Shown: positions 42,282 through 51,974 of the stretch, one piece after another | How the letters are laid out: every line of letters starts with the position of its first letter | Position numbering within the stretch: the stretch's first letter is position 1 | Source: an uncultured Acidobacteriota bacterium | GTDB lineage: Bacteria; Acidobacteriota; Thermoanaerobaculia; UBA5066 | Direction of reading: 5' to 3' | NCBI GenBank assembly: GCA_963779415.1 | Contig: CAVZYA010000001.1 | Location: forward strand, 416,001 to 480,000 | DNA length: 64,000 nt | Made by a program: the position numbers and the translations under genes | Notes under the pieces: model-generated | What the model was told of the DNA's origin: nothing | What the model saw: only the letters and a program-made list of their open reading frames with translations | Databases searched by the model: none

Positions 42282-43450
42282 GGCGGCGCTCCGGCCGGCT
42301 CGCCCGTGCCGATCACGTGAAGGAGCGCCAAGGCCGCGCGGTCCGCGGCGCCGGGGAGGCCCAGCCGCTCGCGCCCGCGCGCGAGCCGGCGCCTCGCCTC
42401 GGCTGCGCGTGCCGGATCGTCGAGGAATGCCGCCGCTTCGGCCGCCACCCGCTCCGGCGTGGCCTCGCCCTGGATCAGCTCCGGCACGGCCCGGGCACCG
42501 GATCCGTCGTCGGAGACGATGTTCGCCATCGCGACGTGCGGGACTTTCACGAGCAGCCGTCCGACAGCATAGGTGATCGGGTTGACCCGGTAGACGACGA
42601 CCATCGGAACCGCCGCGAGGACCCCTTCCAGCGTCGCCGTTCCGGAGGCGACGAGGAGGACGTCCGCGGACGCGAGGAGAGCGAGGTGCGGACCCGACAC
42701 GACGGTCCACGAGTCGAGGGCGGGCCCCGCAACTTCCCGGAGGAGGTCGTGAGCGACCGAGTCCGCTCTCACCAGCGTGATTTCCAGCTCCGGCCGCGCC
42801 GCCCGAAGACGTTCGGCCGCGTCACGGAGGAGTGGGAGGAGCCGCCGGATCTCCCCTTCGCGCGACCCCGGCATCACGACGATCCGCGGGGGACGGGCTC
42901 CTCCCGGGGGCGGAAGAGAGGAAAGCTCTTCCGCCGCGCGGTCGACGAGAGGATGGCCCACCCACTCGACCGTCGTCCCGAGGCCGCGGGCCTCGTACCA
43001 TGCCTTCTCGAAGTCGAAGAGGACGAGGATTCGCTTCCCGAGCCGCGCCAGTGTCTTCGCCCGTCCGGCGCGCCAGGCCCAGACCTGCGGCGAGACGTAG
43101 AAGACGACCGGCAAGCCCGCCCTCACGAGGCGGCGGGCGAGCGGGAGGTTGAAGTCGGGGGAGTCGATCAAGACCGCGGCGTCGACCTTTTCGCGCCGCG
43201 CCGTCGCGACGAGCTCGCCGATGAGCCGCCGGGCGAAGCGGATCTTCCCGATCGCCTCCACGAGGCCGACGACGGCGAGGTCCTTCTGGTGCGCGACGAG
43301 CCGGACGCCACGCGCGGCGCACCCGTCGCCACCGATCCCGACGGCTTCGAGGGAACCCACGCGGGCCGCGAGCGCGTCGAGGAGGGCCGCGGCGTGCTGG
43401 TCTCCGGAGACCTCTCCGGCCGAGACGAGGAGCTTCAGCGCGGCGCTCAT
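42278..43450 (-). CDS. lpxB: Lipid-A-disaccharide synthase
   Basis: AGEVSGD, IDSPDFN, YVSPQVWAWR, VGHP, PGSR and SGTATLE. Confidence 0.96.
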   Translation of the reverse strand: MSAALKLLVSAGEVSGDQHAAALLDALAARVGSLEAVGIGGDGCAARGVRLVAHQKDLAVVGLVEAIGKIRFARRLIGELVATARREKVDAAVLIDSPDFNLPLARRLVRAGLPVVFYVSPQVWAWRAGRAKTLARLGKRILVLFDFEKAWYEARGLGTTVEWVGHPLVDRAAEELSSLPPPGGARPPRIVVMPGSREGEIRRLLPLLRDAAERLRAARPELEITLVRADSVAHDLLREVAGPALDSWTVVSGPHLALLASADVLLVASGTATLEGVLAAVPMVVVYRVNPITYAVGRLLVKVPHVAMANIVSDDGSGARAVPELIQGEATPERVAAEAAAFLDDPARAAEARRRLARGRERLGLPGAADRAALALLHVIGTGEPAGAPP

Positions 43451-43629
43451 CTTGCCGGGACGTCGAGGAGCCACGCGAGGGCGAGGCCGCCGGTGACGAG
43501 GGCCAGCCATGTTTGAACGAAGAATCGCCGGACGGCTTTCGGCTCCTCCCGCCAGAGGAGGGCGAGGAAGGCGGCGAGAAGGGTCGCGTGGACGAGCATC
43601 AGGAACGCGTGATCGCGAAAGAGGCTCAT
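43447..43629 (-). CDS. Small 2-TM hypothetical protein (60 aa)
   Basis: ATGA overlaps on both sides; two hydrophobic helices. Confidence 0.7.
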   Translation of the reverse strand: MSLFRDHAFLMLVHATLLAAFLALLWREEPKAVRRFFVQTWLALVTGGLALAWLLDVPAR

Positions 43630-44000
43630 GCGCCTTGTCCGCGCTCAAGCGCATCCAGGATGAGGAGAAGCGACATGACTCCGGCCGTCAGGAGGAACGC
43701 CGTCCCCGCTTCGTTCGTGGCCCCCGGGCCGTTCTGACCGAGACCGAGCGACCAGGCGGCGGCGCCGAAGAGCCCCGTCGCGCCAACGGCCGCCGACCCG
43801 AGCCACGAGAGCGGCTCGCCCGCGACGGGGCGCGGAAGCGTTCCGCCGAGGAAAAGGCCGAGGCCGAAGGTGACGCCGACGATCGCGACGAACGCGGTTC
43901 CGCGCCGCATGCGTCCCAGCGCGACCTGACCGAGTCCCGGCACGAGCAGGGCGGCGATCAGGACGACGGCGAGCGGTCGCCGGGAGCCCGACGCCGTCAG
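43626..44000 (-). CDS. Membrane protein (DUF6677-like); proposed CTG start
   Basis: LVPGLGQ..LGR..RG and G..FL..AG motifs; GGAGG upstream of a CTG overlapping the HIT stop. Confidence 0.65.
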   Translation of the reverse strand: MTASGSRRPLAVVLIAALLVPGLGQVALGRMRRGTAFVAIVGVTFGLGLFLGGTLPRPVAGEPLSWLGSAAVGATGLFGAAAWSLGLGQNGPGATNEAGTAFLLTAGVMSLLLILDALERGQGA

Positions 44001-44512
44001 GACCTTCCCTCCGGCCGCGCCGGGGTCCGCCGCGCGAAGCCGGCCGCCAGACGGTCGCGCGTTTCGGAAAGGTCCTCCGGAAGGGTTCGCGTCCCGGCGA
44101 GGACGGTCATGAAGCTCGTGTCCCCATCCCATCGGGGGACGACGTGGAGATGCGCGTGCCCGGGCACCCCCGCGCCCGCGCTCTTGCCGAGATTGAATCC
44201 GACGTTGAGTCCGTGGCACCGGTACTCCTCGCCGAGGACGCTCTCGGCGGTCGTCGCCACCTCCATCAGTTCGGCCCTCTCCTGCGGCGTCATCTCCCCG
44301 AGCGTTCCGTGGTGCGCGTAGGGCGTCACCATCAGATGGCCGCTCGAGTACGGGAAGCGGTTCAGGACCGCGTAGACGCCCGCTCCCCGGAAGACGATCA
44401 GCGCTTCAGCGTCGCCGAGCCGGTGGAGGCCGCAGAAGAGACAACCGTCCACCATGCGCCCCTCGTCGCCGGTGAGGTACGCCAGGCGCCATGGAGTGAA
44501 GAGGATTTCCAT
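43997..44512 (-). CDS. HIT-family hydrolase (Ap4A phosphorylase-like)
   Basis: PWR, CLFC, LNRFPYSSGH and HAHLHVVPRW.GD. Confidence 0.92.
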   Translation of the reverse strand: MEILFTPWRLAYLTGDEGRMVDGCLFCGLHRLGDAEALIVFRGAGVYAVLNRFPYSSGHLMVTPYAHHGTLGEMTPQERAELMEVATTAESVLGEEYRCHGLNVGFNLGKSAGAGVPGHAHLHVVPRWDGDTSFMTVLAGTRTLPEDLSETRDRLAAGFARRTPARPEGRS

Positions 44513-44555
44513 GCGTCGCGACGTCCCCGCTTCGGCGGAAAGCGGGAGGCGCTCT

Positions 44556-44924
44556 CTAGCTGCCCGCGCCCGCGGGGGGCTCGCCGGCCGCGACGGCTGC
44601 CGACGCCGGGTTGATCAGCTCCTTGAGCTTCTTTCCCGGCTTGAAGTACGGGACCCGCTTCGGCGGCACCATCACCTTCACGCCGCTCTTCTTCGGGTTG
44701 CGGGCCACGCGCGCGCCCCGCTGCCGGAGGCGGAAGCTCCCGAACCCGCGCAGCTCGATCTTCTGGCCGGCCCGGAGCGACTCGATGATTCCCTCGAAGA
44801 ACCTCTCCACGATGACCTCGGCCTGCTTCTTCGTCAGGCCGGTCGCCCGCGCGACCTCCTCGACGAGATCGGCTTTCGTCGTCGTCCCCTCGCTTCGCGC
44901 CGCGGCTGCTTCTGGCTGGTTCAT
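44556..44924 (-). CDS. HU/IHF-family DNA-binding protein
   Basis: TKADLV, IELRGFGSF, ARNPK and FKPGK.LK. Confidence 0.94.
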   Translation of the reverse strand: MNQPEAAAARSEGTTTKADLVEEVARATGLTKKQAEVIVERFFEGIIESLRAGQKIELRGFGSFRLRQRGARVARNPKKSGVKVMVPPKRVPYFKPGKKLKELINPASAAVAAGEPPAGAGS

Positions 44925-44986
44925 GGCTCCTCCACCGGTTCTCCCCTCTCACGGAGAAAGCCGGGCGGCTCTCTCCAGTCCGTTCC

Positions 44987-46692
44987 TCAGGGCTCCACGG
45001 ACGGGTCCGAACCGGAAGTGTCCGATCCGCCGGGCGTTCCTCCCACGGGGAGTTCGGCCGGCGCGGGTATCTCCTGGGAGACGCCGCGGGAAGAGAGTCC
45101 GATCCGCTGCTCCACCGGCTCGATCCGGAGGATGCGGACGCGGACGGGGTCCCCTTCCTTGAAATGCTCCGCGGGCTTCTCTCCGCGGGACAGATCGGTT
45201 TCCGAGACGTGCATCAGCCCCTCGAGCCCCTCGGGGAGCCGGACGAAGACGCCGAAGTCGGCCACCTTCGCGACGATCCCGTCGAGGACGTCGCCCGGCT
45301 GGTGCGCGGCGGCGAACTGCTCCCATTCGTTCGGACGGAATTCCTTGATCGAGAGGCTGATCCGGCGGTTCTCCACGTCGATGGCCGTGAGGATCGCCTG
45401 GATCTGATCGCCTTTCTTCAGGACCTCGGATGGGTGCTTGACCCGCCGGCCCCACGACATGTCGGAGACGTGGACGAGTCCGTCGATCCCCTCCTCGATC
45501 TCGACGAACGCGCCGAAGTCGGTCAGGTTGCGGACGCGTCCCCGTGATCCGGTCGCCGATCCGGTATTTTTCCGCGAGGAGCTCCCACGGATTCGCCTCC
45601 GTCGCGCGGAGCGAAAGGGAGAGGCGCCGCGTCTCGGCGTTCACGTCCGCGATGACGGCCTCGATGATGTCCCCCACCTTCAGGATCTTCGAAGGGTTCT
45701 TGATCCGCTTCGTCCACGACATCTCGCTGACGTGGATCAGTCCCTCCACCCCTTCTTCCAGCTCCACGAAGGCGCCGTAATCCGTCAGCGAGACGACCTT
45801 GCCGCGGACGCGCGCGCCGACCGGGTAATGTGCCGGAAGGTCGTGCCACGGATCGGGCTTGAGCTGCTTGGTCCCGAGCGAGATCCGTCCCGACTCGGAG
45901 TCGAACTTGAGGACCTTCACCTCGATCGCCTCGCCCACCTTCACGACCTCGGAGGGGTGCGCGACGCGTCCCCACGACATGTCCGTGACGTGGAGCAGGC
46001 CGTCGATGCCGCCGAGGTCGACGAACGCGCCGTAGTCCGTGATGTTCTTGACGACGCCCTTGAGGGCGCGGCCGGCGGCGAGGGCCTCCTGCGCTTCCTT
46101 GCGCTTCACGTCCGCGATCTCGTCGAGGAGCGCCTTGCGCGAGAGGACGATGTTGCCGCGCTTTCGGTCGAGGCCGACGACGCGGAACTCGAGATCCCGT
46201 CCCTTGAGGACGTCGAGGTTCTTCAGCGGCCGCGAGTCCGCAATCGAGCCCGGCAGGAAGGCGCGGACGCCGATGTCGACGGCGAGCCCGCCCTTCACCC
46301 GCTCGAGCACCCGTCCCTTGACGGACGCCCCGGTCCGGAAAGCCTCCTCGACCATGTCCCAGGCGCGGTTCCGGACGCGCCTTCTCGTGCGAGAGGACGA
46401 CGTAGCCGGAGTTGCTCTCGGTTCGCTCGAGAATCGCCTCGATCTCGTCGCCGGGCTGCGGGAGCTTCCCGGCGGGAAGCGAGGCGAACTCGTGCCGCGG
46501 GATCATCCCTTCGGACTTGTAGCCGATGTCGACGAGGATCTCGTCGTTCGTCACCTGCACGACCCGGCCGCGGATCAGCTCTCCTTCCCGCAGCGTTCGC
46601 TCGCTCTCGGCCAGAAGCTTCGCGAACTCGCCGCTGTCGGCGGAGTCCTCCTGCTTCGGACCGGGGCTCTTCCTCGGGTCGATGGGTGACAT
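44987..46692 (-). CDS. rpsA: 30S ribosomal protein S1, with two apparent +1 frameshifts (about 46373 and 45541)
   Basis: S1 repeats (DIGYKSEG, TDYGAFV, GLLHVTDMSW) are spread over three frames; removing one base at each site restores a continuous protein. Confidence 0.93.
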
Positions 46693-46799
46693 GGATGACA
46701 GCTCCTTCGCTCGGCGGTTTGCCCGGCGGACTAACTCGCCAATCGACAAAGGATTAGCCAGCCCGAAGAGGGGATGTTAGCCGCGGACGGGGCGAACGG

Positions 46800-47469
46800 T
46801 CAACCGGACGCGCGCCCGAGATGCCGGAGCAGGGTCTCGACGACTTCGTCGACCGTCAGCGCCGACGTGTCCACGACGACGTAGCTCGCGTCGTGACGGA
46901 GCGGCGAGTCCTCTCGCGTGGAGTCGGCGCGGTCCCGGGCTTCCATCTCCGCGAGGACCTTTTCGTACGGCTGCGGCGTCCCTTTCGCCTCGAACTCCAG
47001 CGTCCGGCGGCGGGCGCGGACCGGCGCGAAGGCCGTGAGGAAGAACTTGTGCGGCGTCTCGGGCACCACCTTCGTCCCGATGTCGCGCCCTTCGAGGACC
47101 CCGCCCCCGGCGAGGGCGAGCTGGCGCTGCATCCCGGCGAGGCGGCGCCGGACGCCGGGAATCGCGGAGACGGCCGACGCATACATCGAGATCTCCGGCG
47201 TCCGGATCTCCTTCGAGACGTCCTCGCCGTCGAGGAACGTCCTCGCGCTGGCGGCGCTCCCCGTCACGGAGACGGTCACGCGCTCCGCGATCGCGACCGA
47301 CCGCACCCGGGTCCGCGATCGGAAGGGAGATCCCCTGCCTCCTCGCGGCCAGCCCGACCGCGCGGTACATCGCGCCGGTGTCGAGGTAGGCGAGGTCGAG
47401 CCGGACGGCGAGCGCCTTGCCGACCGTCGACTTGCCGACGCCGGAGGGCCCGTCGATCGCCACGATCAC
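46800..47469 (-). CDS. cmk: Cytidylate kinase, with an apparent +1 frameshift at about 47297
   Basis: AIDGPSGVGKST, LDTGAMYR, EGRDIGT and RD..D..R; directly upstream of rpsA. Confidence 0.92.
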
Positions 47470-48614
47470 GGCGCGCGCTCTCCGCGGGTCGAAGAGACCC
47501 GAGCGAGCGATCTCGTCGAGCGCCGAGAGGAAGCGCCGGTTCTCGAGATGCGTTCCGACGGTGACGCGGAAGGCGTGCGGGAATCCCCAGCCCGCCATCG
47601 GCCGGAGGATGACGCCGCGCCGCGCGAACTCCGGCTCGAGCGGGCCGAACGGGACCGGAATCTCCACGAGGAGGAAGTTCGCCACCGAGGGCCACGGATT
47701 CAGGCCGCGGAGGAGAAGCTCCTGGAAGAGGAAAGCTCTCTCCTCGACGACGAGGGCGCCGCGTCCGCCACTTGTGCTCGTCGTCGAACAGGGCGGCCGA
47801 TCGCCGCGGCCTGTGCGACGCTCGTCGTGTTGAAGGGCTCCCGCACCTTCTCGAGCGCGGCGGCGACGTCTTCGGAGGCGAAGCCGTAGCCGATCCGGAG
47901 GCCCGCGAGCCCCACGATCTTCGAGAACGTCCGGAGGACGACCATCGGCAGCCCGCGCGCGAGAAACTCGAGGCCGTTCGGGTAGTCCGGAACCACGTCG
48001 TCCGCGAACTCGAAATAGGCCTCGTCGAGGAAGACGAGGACGTGAGGAGGAAGCTCGGAGAGGAACGCGGCGAGCTCCTCACGCGAGACGTAGGAGCCGG
48101 TCGGGTTGTTCGGGTTCGCGATCGCGACGACCTTCGTCGCGTCCCCGATCCGCCGGAGGAGCGCCGGGAGATCGGGCTTCAGCCCCGCGAAGGGCGAGGG
48201 GACCTCGACGAACGTCCCGCCCGCACGGTGTGTCGCGACGGGAAACATCCGGAAGATCCCCTGCGGGACGACGACTTCGTCGCCCGGCTCGACGTACGTC
48301 CGGATCGTGATGTCGATCAGCTCCGAGCCCCCGGCCCCGAGGACGATCTGGTTCTCCGGGACGCCGGTGCGCGAGGAGATCGCTCTCTTGAGCAGGGTCC
48401 CCGATCCGTCCGGGTAGCGGTGGACCTCGGGAAGCGCCCGGGCCGCCGCCTCGATCGCTCTCGGCGAGGGGCCGAGCGGGTTCTCGTTCGACGCGAGCTT
48501 GACGGCTCCATGGATCCCGTACCGGGCCTCGACTTCCTCGATCGGGCGTCCGGGAACGTACGGCGCGAGCGTGGCGACGCAGGGCCGCGGAGCCGGGCGA
48601 AGAACCGTTTTCAC
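47466..48614 (-). CDS. hisC: Histidinol-phosphate aminotransferase, with apparent +1 frameshifts at about 47797, 47760 and near the 3' end
   Basis: KLASNENPLG, NPNNPTG, DEAY, RTFSK..GLAGLRIGY, S.ANF and RVTVG. Confidence 0.9.
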
Positions 48615-49402
48615 GCGCGCGTCGCCCTCCGGCGCGCCGGTCGCGCCAGGCGGGGCGAGGGAGGAATCGCCCGGAGCGCCGCGACCTCCTCCGGCTCCAG
48701 GTCGCGGAACTTCCCCGGCGAGAGCGCCTTGTCCCGGATCGGCCCGATCGCCACGCGCCGCAGCTTCGAGACCGGGTGACCCACGGCGGCGAACATCCGC
48801 CGGATCTGGCGGGAGCGCCCCTCCCCGAGGATGACGCGCATCCACGCGTTGCCGCCGGCGCCCCCCTTCTCGGGGGTCGTCTCGACGACATCCATCTCGG
48901 CCGGGGCCGTCCGGACGCCGTCATCGAGCGTGATGCCGCGGCGGAGCCGGTCGAGCTGCGCGGGGGTCGGGATCCCCGAGACCTTCACTTCGTACTCCTT
49001 CCGGCAGCCGCCCGAAGGGTGCGTCAGCTTCTGGACGAGGGCGCCGTCGTTCGTCAGGAGGAGCAGGCCTTCCGAGTCGAAGTCGAGGCGCCCGACCGCG
49101 ACGAGCCGCTCGCCGATACGGTTCCGGAGGAGGGAGAAGACCGTCGGACGCCCGTCGGGGTCGTCGCTCGTCACGACGAAGCCGCGGGGCTTGTTGACCA
49201 GAACGTACCGGTGCACCGAGGGGAGCCGGAGGAGCTTTCCATCCACCTTGACGTGGTCCTTCCCGAGGTCGGCCTTCGTCCCCAGCTCGGTGACGACGCG
49301 GCCGTTCAACGTCACGCGCCCTTCGAGGATCATCGCTTCCGCGGCCCGCCGCGAAGCGACGCCCGCGGCGGACAGCAGCTTTTGAAGTCGCTCAGCCGCC
49401 AT
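48611..49402 (-). CDS. rluB: rRNA pseudouridine synthase (RluB/RsuA family)
   Basis: ERLQKLL..G..SRR S4 domain, GRLDFDSEGLL and EGRSRQIRRM. Confidence 0.9.
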   Translation of the reverse strand: MAAERLQKLLSAAGVASRRAAEAMILEGRVTLNGRVVTELGTKADLGKDHVKVDGKLLRLPSVHRYVLVNKPRGFVVTSDDPDGRPTVFSLLRNRIGERLVAVGRLDFDSEGLLLLTNDGALVQKLTHPSGGCRKEYEVKVSGIPTPAQLDRLRRGITLDDGVRTAPAEMDVVETTPEKGGAGGNAWMRVILGEGRSRQIRRMFAAVGHPVSKLRRVAIGPIRDKALSPGKFRDLEPEEVAALRAIPPSPRLARPARRRATRA

Positions 49403-50084
49403 CGCTTTCCTCTCTCGGCTCTTCTCTCGGCTCCTCTCTCGCCTCCTCTCTCGCCTCCTCCGACGGGAAGAGTTCCGTCTGGGACGGGTCCGGCGCCGCC
49501 GTCGTCTCGCCGCCGTAGAGAGCTTCCAGCTCTTCCGGTTTCGGCAGCTCCGAAACCTCGCCGAGGCCGAAGTGCACGAGGAACTCGTGCGTCGTCTTGT
49601 AGAGGAACGGCGTTCCGACGACCGGCTTACGCCCGGCCGTCGTGATCAGCTTCCGGTCCAGGAGCGTCCGGATCGACGAGGCCGAGTTGACGCCACGCAG
49701 GTCCGCGATCTCGGGAGCGGTGATCGGCTGGCGGTAGGCGACGATCGCGAGCGTCTCGAGGCTCGCCATCGACAGCTTCGTCCGGCCGTCCATCCCGAGG
49801 AGCCGGCGGATCGGAATGTCGAACTCGTTTCGGGCCACGAACCGGACGCCTCCGGCGACACGATCGAGCGTGACGCCCCGCCGCTCCGCCTCGCAAAGGC
49901 GGGCGATCTCCGCGAGCGCGGCCTCCACCTCGGCGAGAGGGATCTCCGCGGCCTCCGCGAGCTTCTCCGGCGTGGCCGGCTTTCCGGAAGCGAAGAGCAG
50001 CGCCTCCACGAGGGCGACCGGGCCGGCAGAAGCCGGCGGCGCCGGCACGTCCGGGGCCTGAAGAGCGTTCGTCTCGTCCGGCAC
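49392..50084 (-). CDS. scpB: SMC-Scp complex subunit ScpB
   Basis: EALLFA, LETLAIVAYRQP, RGVNS and FL..FGL...LP. Confidence 0.95.
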   Translation of the reverse strand: MPDETNALQAPDVPAPPASAGPVALVEALLFASGKPATPEKLAEAAEIPLAEVEAALAEIARLCEAERRGVTLDRVAGGVRFVARNEFDIPIRRLLGMDGRTKLSMASLETLAIVAYRQPITAPEIADLRGVNSASSIRTLLDRKLITTAGRKPVVGTPFLYKTTHEFLVHFGLGEVSELPKPEELEALYGGETTAAPDPSQTELFPSEEAREEAREEPREEPREESDGG

Positions 50085-50894
50085 CTAGCGGTAGACCTCC
50101 TGATAGCTTTCGAGGGAGACGTCTTCTCCCGTCGCCTGGAGGTAGATCTCGGCGAACTCCTCGGGCTGGAGAGCCCGGACGATCCGGAGCCGGAGAAGCT
50201 CGAGGACGGCGAGGAAGACGGCGATCGCCTCCGGGCGCCCCGAAAGCGTCGCGAAGACCTCGGAAAGCGGGGTCGGCGCGGTCGCCGTCATCACGCGGGA
50301 GAGCATCTCCTCCATTTTCTCGCGGATCGAGAACTTCTGGTGCTCGATCTCCAGCGCCGGAGGATGCTGCGCCTGGTACCGGTCGAGGACACCGCGGAAC
50401 AGGGTCAGGAGGTCGAAGAGCGAGACCTCGGAGAGGTCGGTCTCTTCCTCCTCCTCCGCCGTTTCGAGACGGAGGGGGGGCCGCGCCCAGAGCCCGAGCC
50501 GCTGCGCCTCCATCTCGTGCAGCGTCTCGGCCACGCCCTTGTACTTCCGGTACTCGAGAAGGCGCCGGACCAGCTCGTCCCGCGGGTCCTCGGCCGGCGT
50601 CCCGTCCGGGGAGACCGCGCGCGGCAGGACCATCTGCGACTTGATCTGGACGAGGAGCGCCTCCATGTAGAGGAACTCGGCCGCCACTTCGAGGTCGAGG
50701 TCCTGCATCAGGACGAGGTACTCGTGGTACTGGCGGCAGATCTCCGCCACCGGAATGTTCTTCAGGTCCAGCTCGTTCTTCCGAACGAGATGGAGAAGGA
50801 GGTCGAGCGGCCCTTCGAAGGTCGGAAGCCGCACGGGATACGGCTGGACCAGCTCGAGGCCGGGGGGAACCGGGATCCGGAAGCCTTCCGTCAC
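50085..50894 (-). CDS. scpA: SMC-Scp kleisin ScpA
   Basis: FEGPLDLLLHL, IKS..LP, DPR.ELV.RL.EY and FLAVLEL. Confidence 0.95.
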   Translation of the reverse strand: MTEGFRIPVPPGLELVQPYPVRLPTFEGPLDLLLHLVRKNELDLKNIPVAEICRQYHEYLVLMQDLDLEVAAEFLYMEALLVQIKSQMVLPRAVSPDGTPAEDPRDELVRRLLEYRKYKGVAETLHEMEAQRLGLWARPPLRLETAEEEEETDLSEVSLFDLLTLFRGVLDRYQAQHPPALEIEHQKFSIREKMEEMLSRVMTATAPTPLSEVFATLSGRPEAIAVFLAVLELLRLRIVRALQPEEFAEIYLQATGEDVSLESYQEVYR

Positions 50895-50906
50895 GGGCTC
50901 ACCCCA

Positions 50907-50985
50907 CGCCTCATGAAGGGGGGCGCGGGGGGTGCGACCCCGGCCCTCCAATCGCGACGGGCAGACGACGCACCACCCGCCTCAT
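50907..50985. repeat. GC hairpin (REP-like) insert flanked by 8-bp direct repeats
   Basis: CGCCTCAT at 50907-50914 and 50978-50985; stem GGGGGGC..CGGGG / CCCCG..GCCCTCC at about 50918-50949. Confidence 0.55.
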
Positions 50986-51974
50986 AACAGGTTCATCGCG
51001 CCGGCGACGCGTTCCATCGTCCGTCCCGCGATCTCTCGCGCCCGCTCGTTCCCGGCTTCGAGGACCTCCCGGACGAAGCCCGGCTTCGACGTGATCTCGG
51101 CGCGCTTCGCACGGACCGGCTCGAGGGTGGCGTTCATGTTCCGGATGAGATGCTTCTTGCAGTCGACGCAGCCCCGCGCCGCCGTCCGGCACTCCTCGTC
51201 GACCAGCGCGACCTCGGCGGGGCTGGAGTAAAGGCGGTGAAACGGAAAGAGGTTGCACGTTTCGGGGTCGCCCGGGTCGGACCGCCGCGCCCGCTTCGGG
51301 TCCGTCACCATCCCCATGACCTTCTGCTGGACCTCGGCGGCGCCGTCGGAGAGCGCAATCGTGTTCCCGTAGCTCTTCGACATCTTCCGGCCGTCGAGCC
51401 CCGGCACCTTCGGCGTCGCCGTGTAGAGGGCCTGAGGCTCCGGAAAGACGTCGCCGTAGAAGCCGTTGAACCGGCGGACGATCTCGCGGCAGATCTCGAG
51501 ATGGCTCTCCTGGTCCTTCCCCACCGGGACGTAGTCGGCGAGGAAGAGAGCGATGTCGGCCGTCATCAGGACCGGATAGCCGAGGAACCCGAAGGTCCCG
51601 AGGTCCTTCTCGCGAAGCTGCTCGATCTGCTCCTTGTAGGTCGGCACCCGCTCCAGCCACCCGAGAGGCGTGATCATCCCGAAGACGAGGGCCAGCTCGG
51701 CCGTCTGCGGCACGCGCGACTGGACGTAGAGGACCGACTTCTCGGGGTCGAGGCCGACCGAGAGCCAGTCGGTCGCGGCTTCGAGAGTCGCCTCCCGGAT
51801 GGCCGAGGTGTCGGCGTAGTCCGTCGTCAGGGCGTGGAGGTCGGCGATGAAGTAGTGGCAGCGGTAGGCATCCTGCAGGTCGACCCAGTTCTTCACCGCG
51901 CCCCAGTAGTTGCCGAGGTGTACGCGGCCCGTAGGCCGGAGTCCGGAGAGGACGATCTTCTTCGCGACCGTCAC
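50982..51974 (-). CDS. trpS: Tryptophan--tRNA ligase
   Basis: PTG.VHLGNY, YPVLMTADI, VPVGKDQ and KMSKS. Confidence 0.97.
   Translation of the reverse strand: MTVAKKIVLSGLRPTGRVHLGNYWGAVKNWVDLQDAYRCHYFIADLHALTTDYADTSAIREATLEAATDWLSVGLDPEKSVLYVQSRVPQTAELALVFGMITPLGWLERVPTYKEQIEQLREKDLGTFGFLGYPVLMTADIALFLADYVPVGKDQESHLEICREIVRRFNGFYGDVFPEPQALYTATPKVPGLDGRKMSKSYGNTIALSDGAAEVQQKVMGMVTDPKRARRSDPGDPETCNLFPFHRLYSSPAEVALVDEECRTAARGCVDCKKHLIRNMNATLEPVRAKRAEITSKPGFVREVLEAGNERAREIAGRTMERVAGAMNLL

Noticed and set aside
44526-44547. Hairpin after the HU gene as an intrinsic terminator
   Set aside because: The stem is present but there is no U-tract on the - strand, so it is not called.
46777-47685. Apparent HisC-Cmk fusion (hisC C-terminus in frame with cmk)
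   Set aside because: Removing one base near 47485 ends hisC at a TGA overlapping the cmk GTG (GTGA), and cmk has its own GGAG. It lies in the patch of +1 errors, so it is probably an artefact.
49405-49462. 12-nt tandem repeat at the scpB 3' end
   Set aside because: Encodes the low-complexity tail EEAR/EEPR; no spacers, so not CRISPR.
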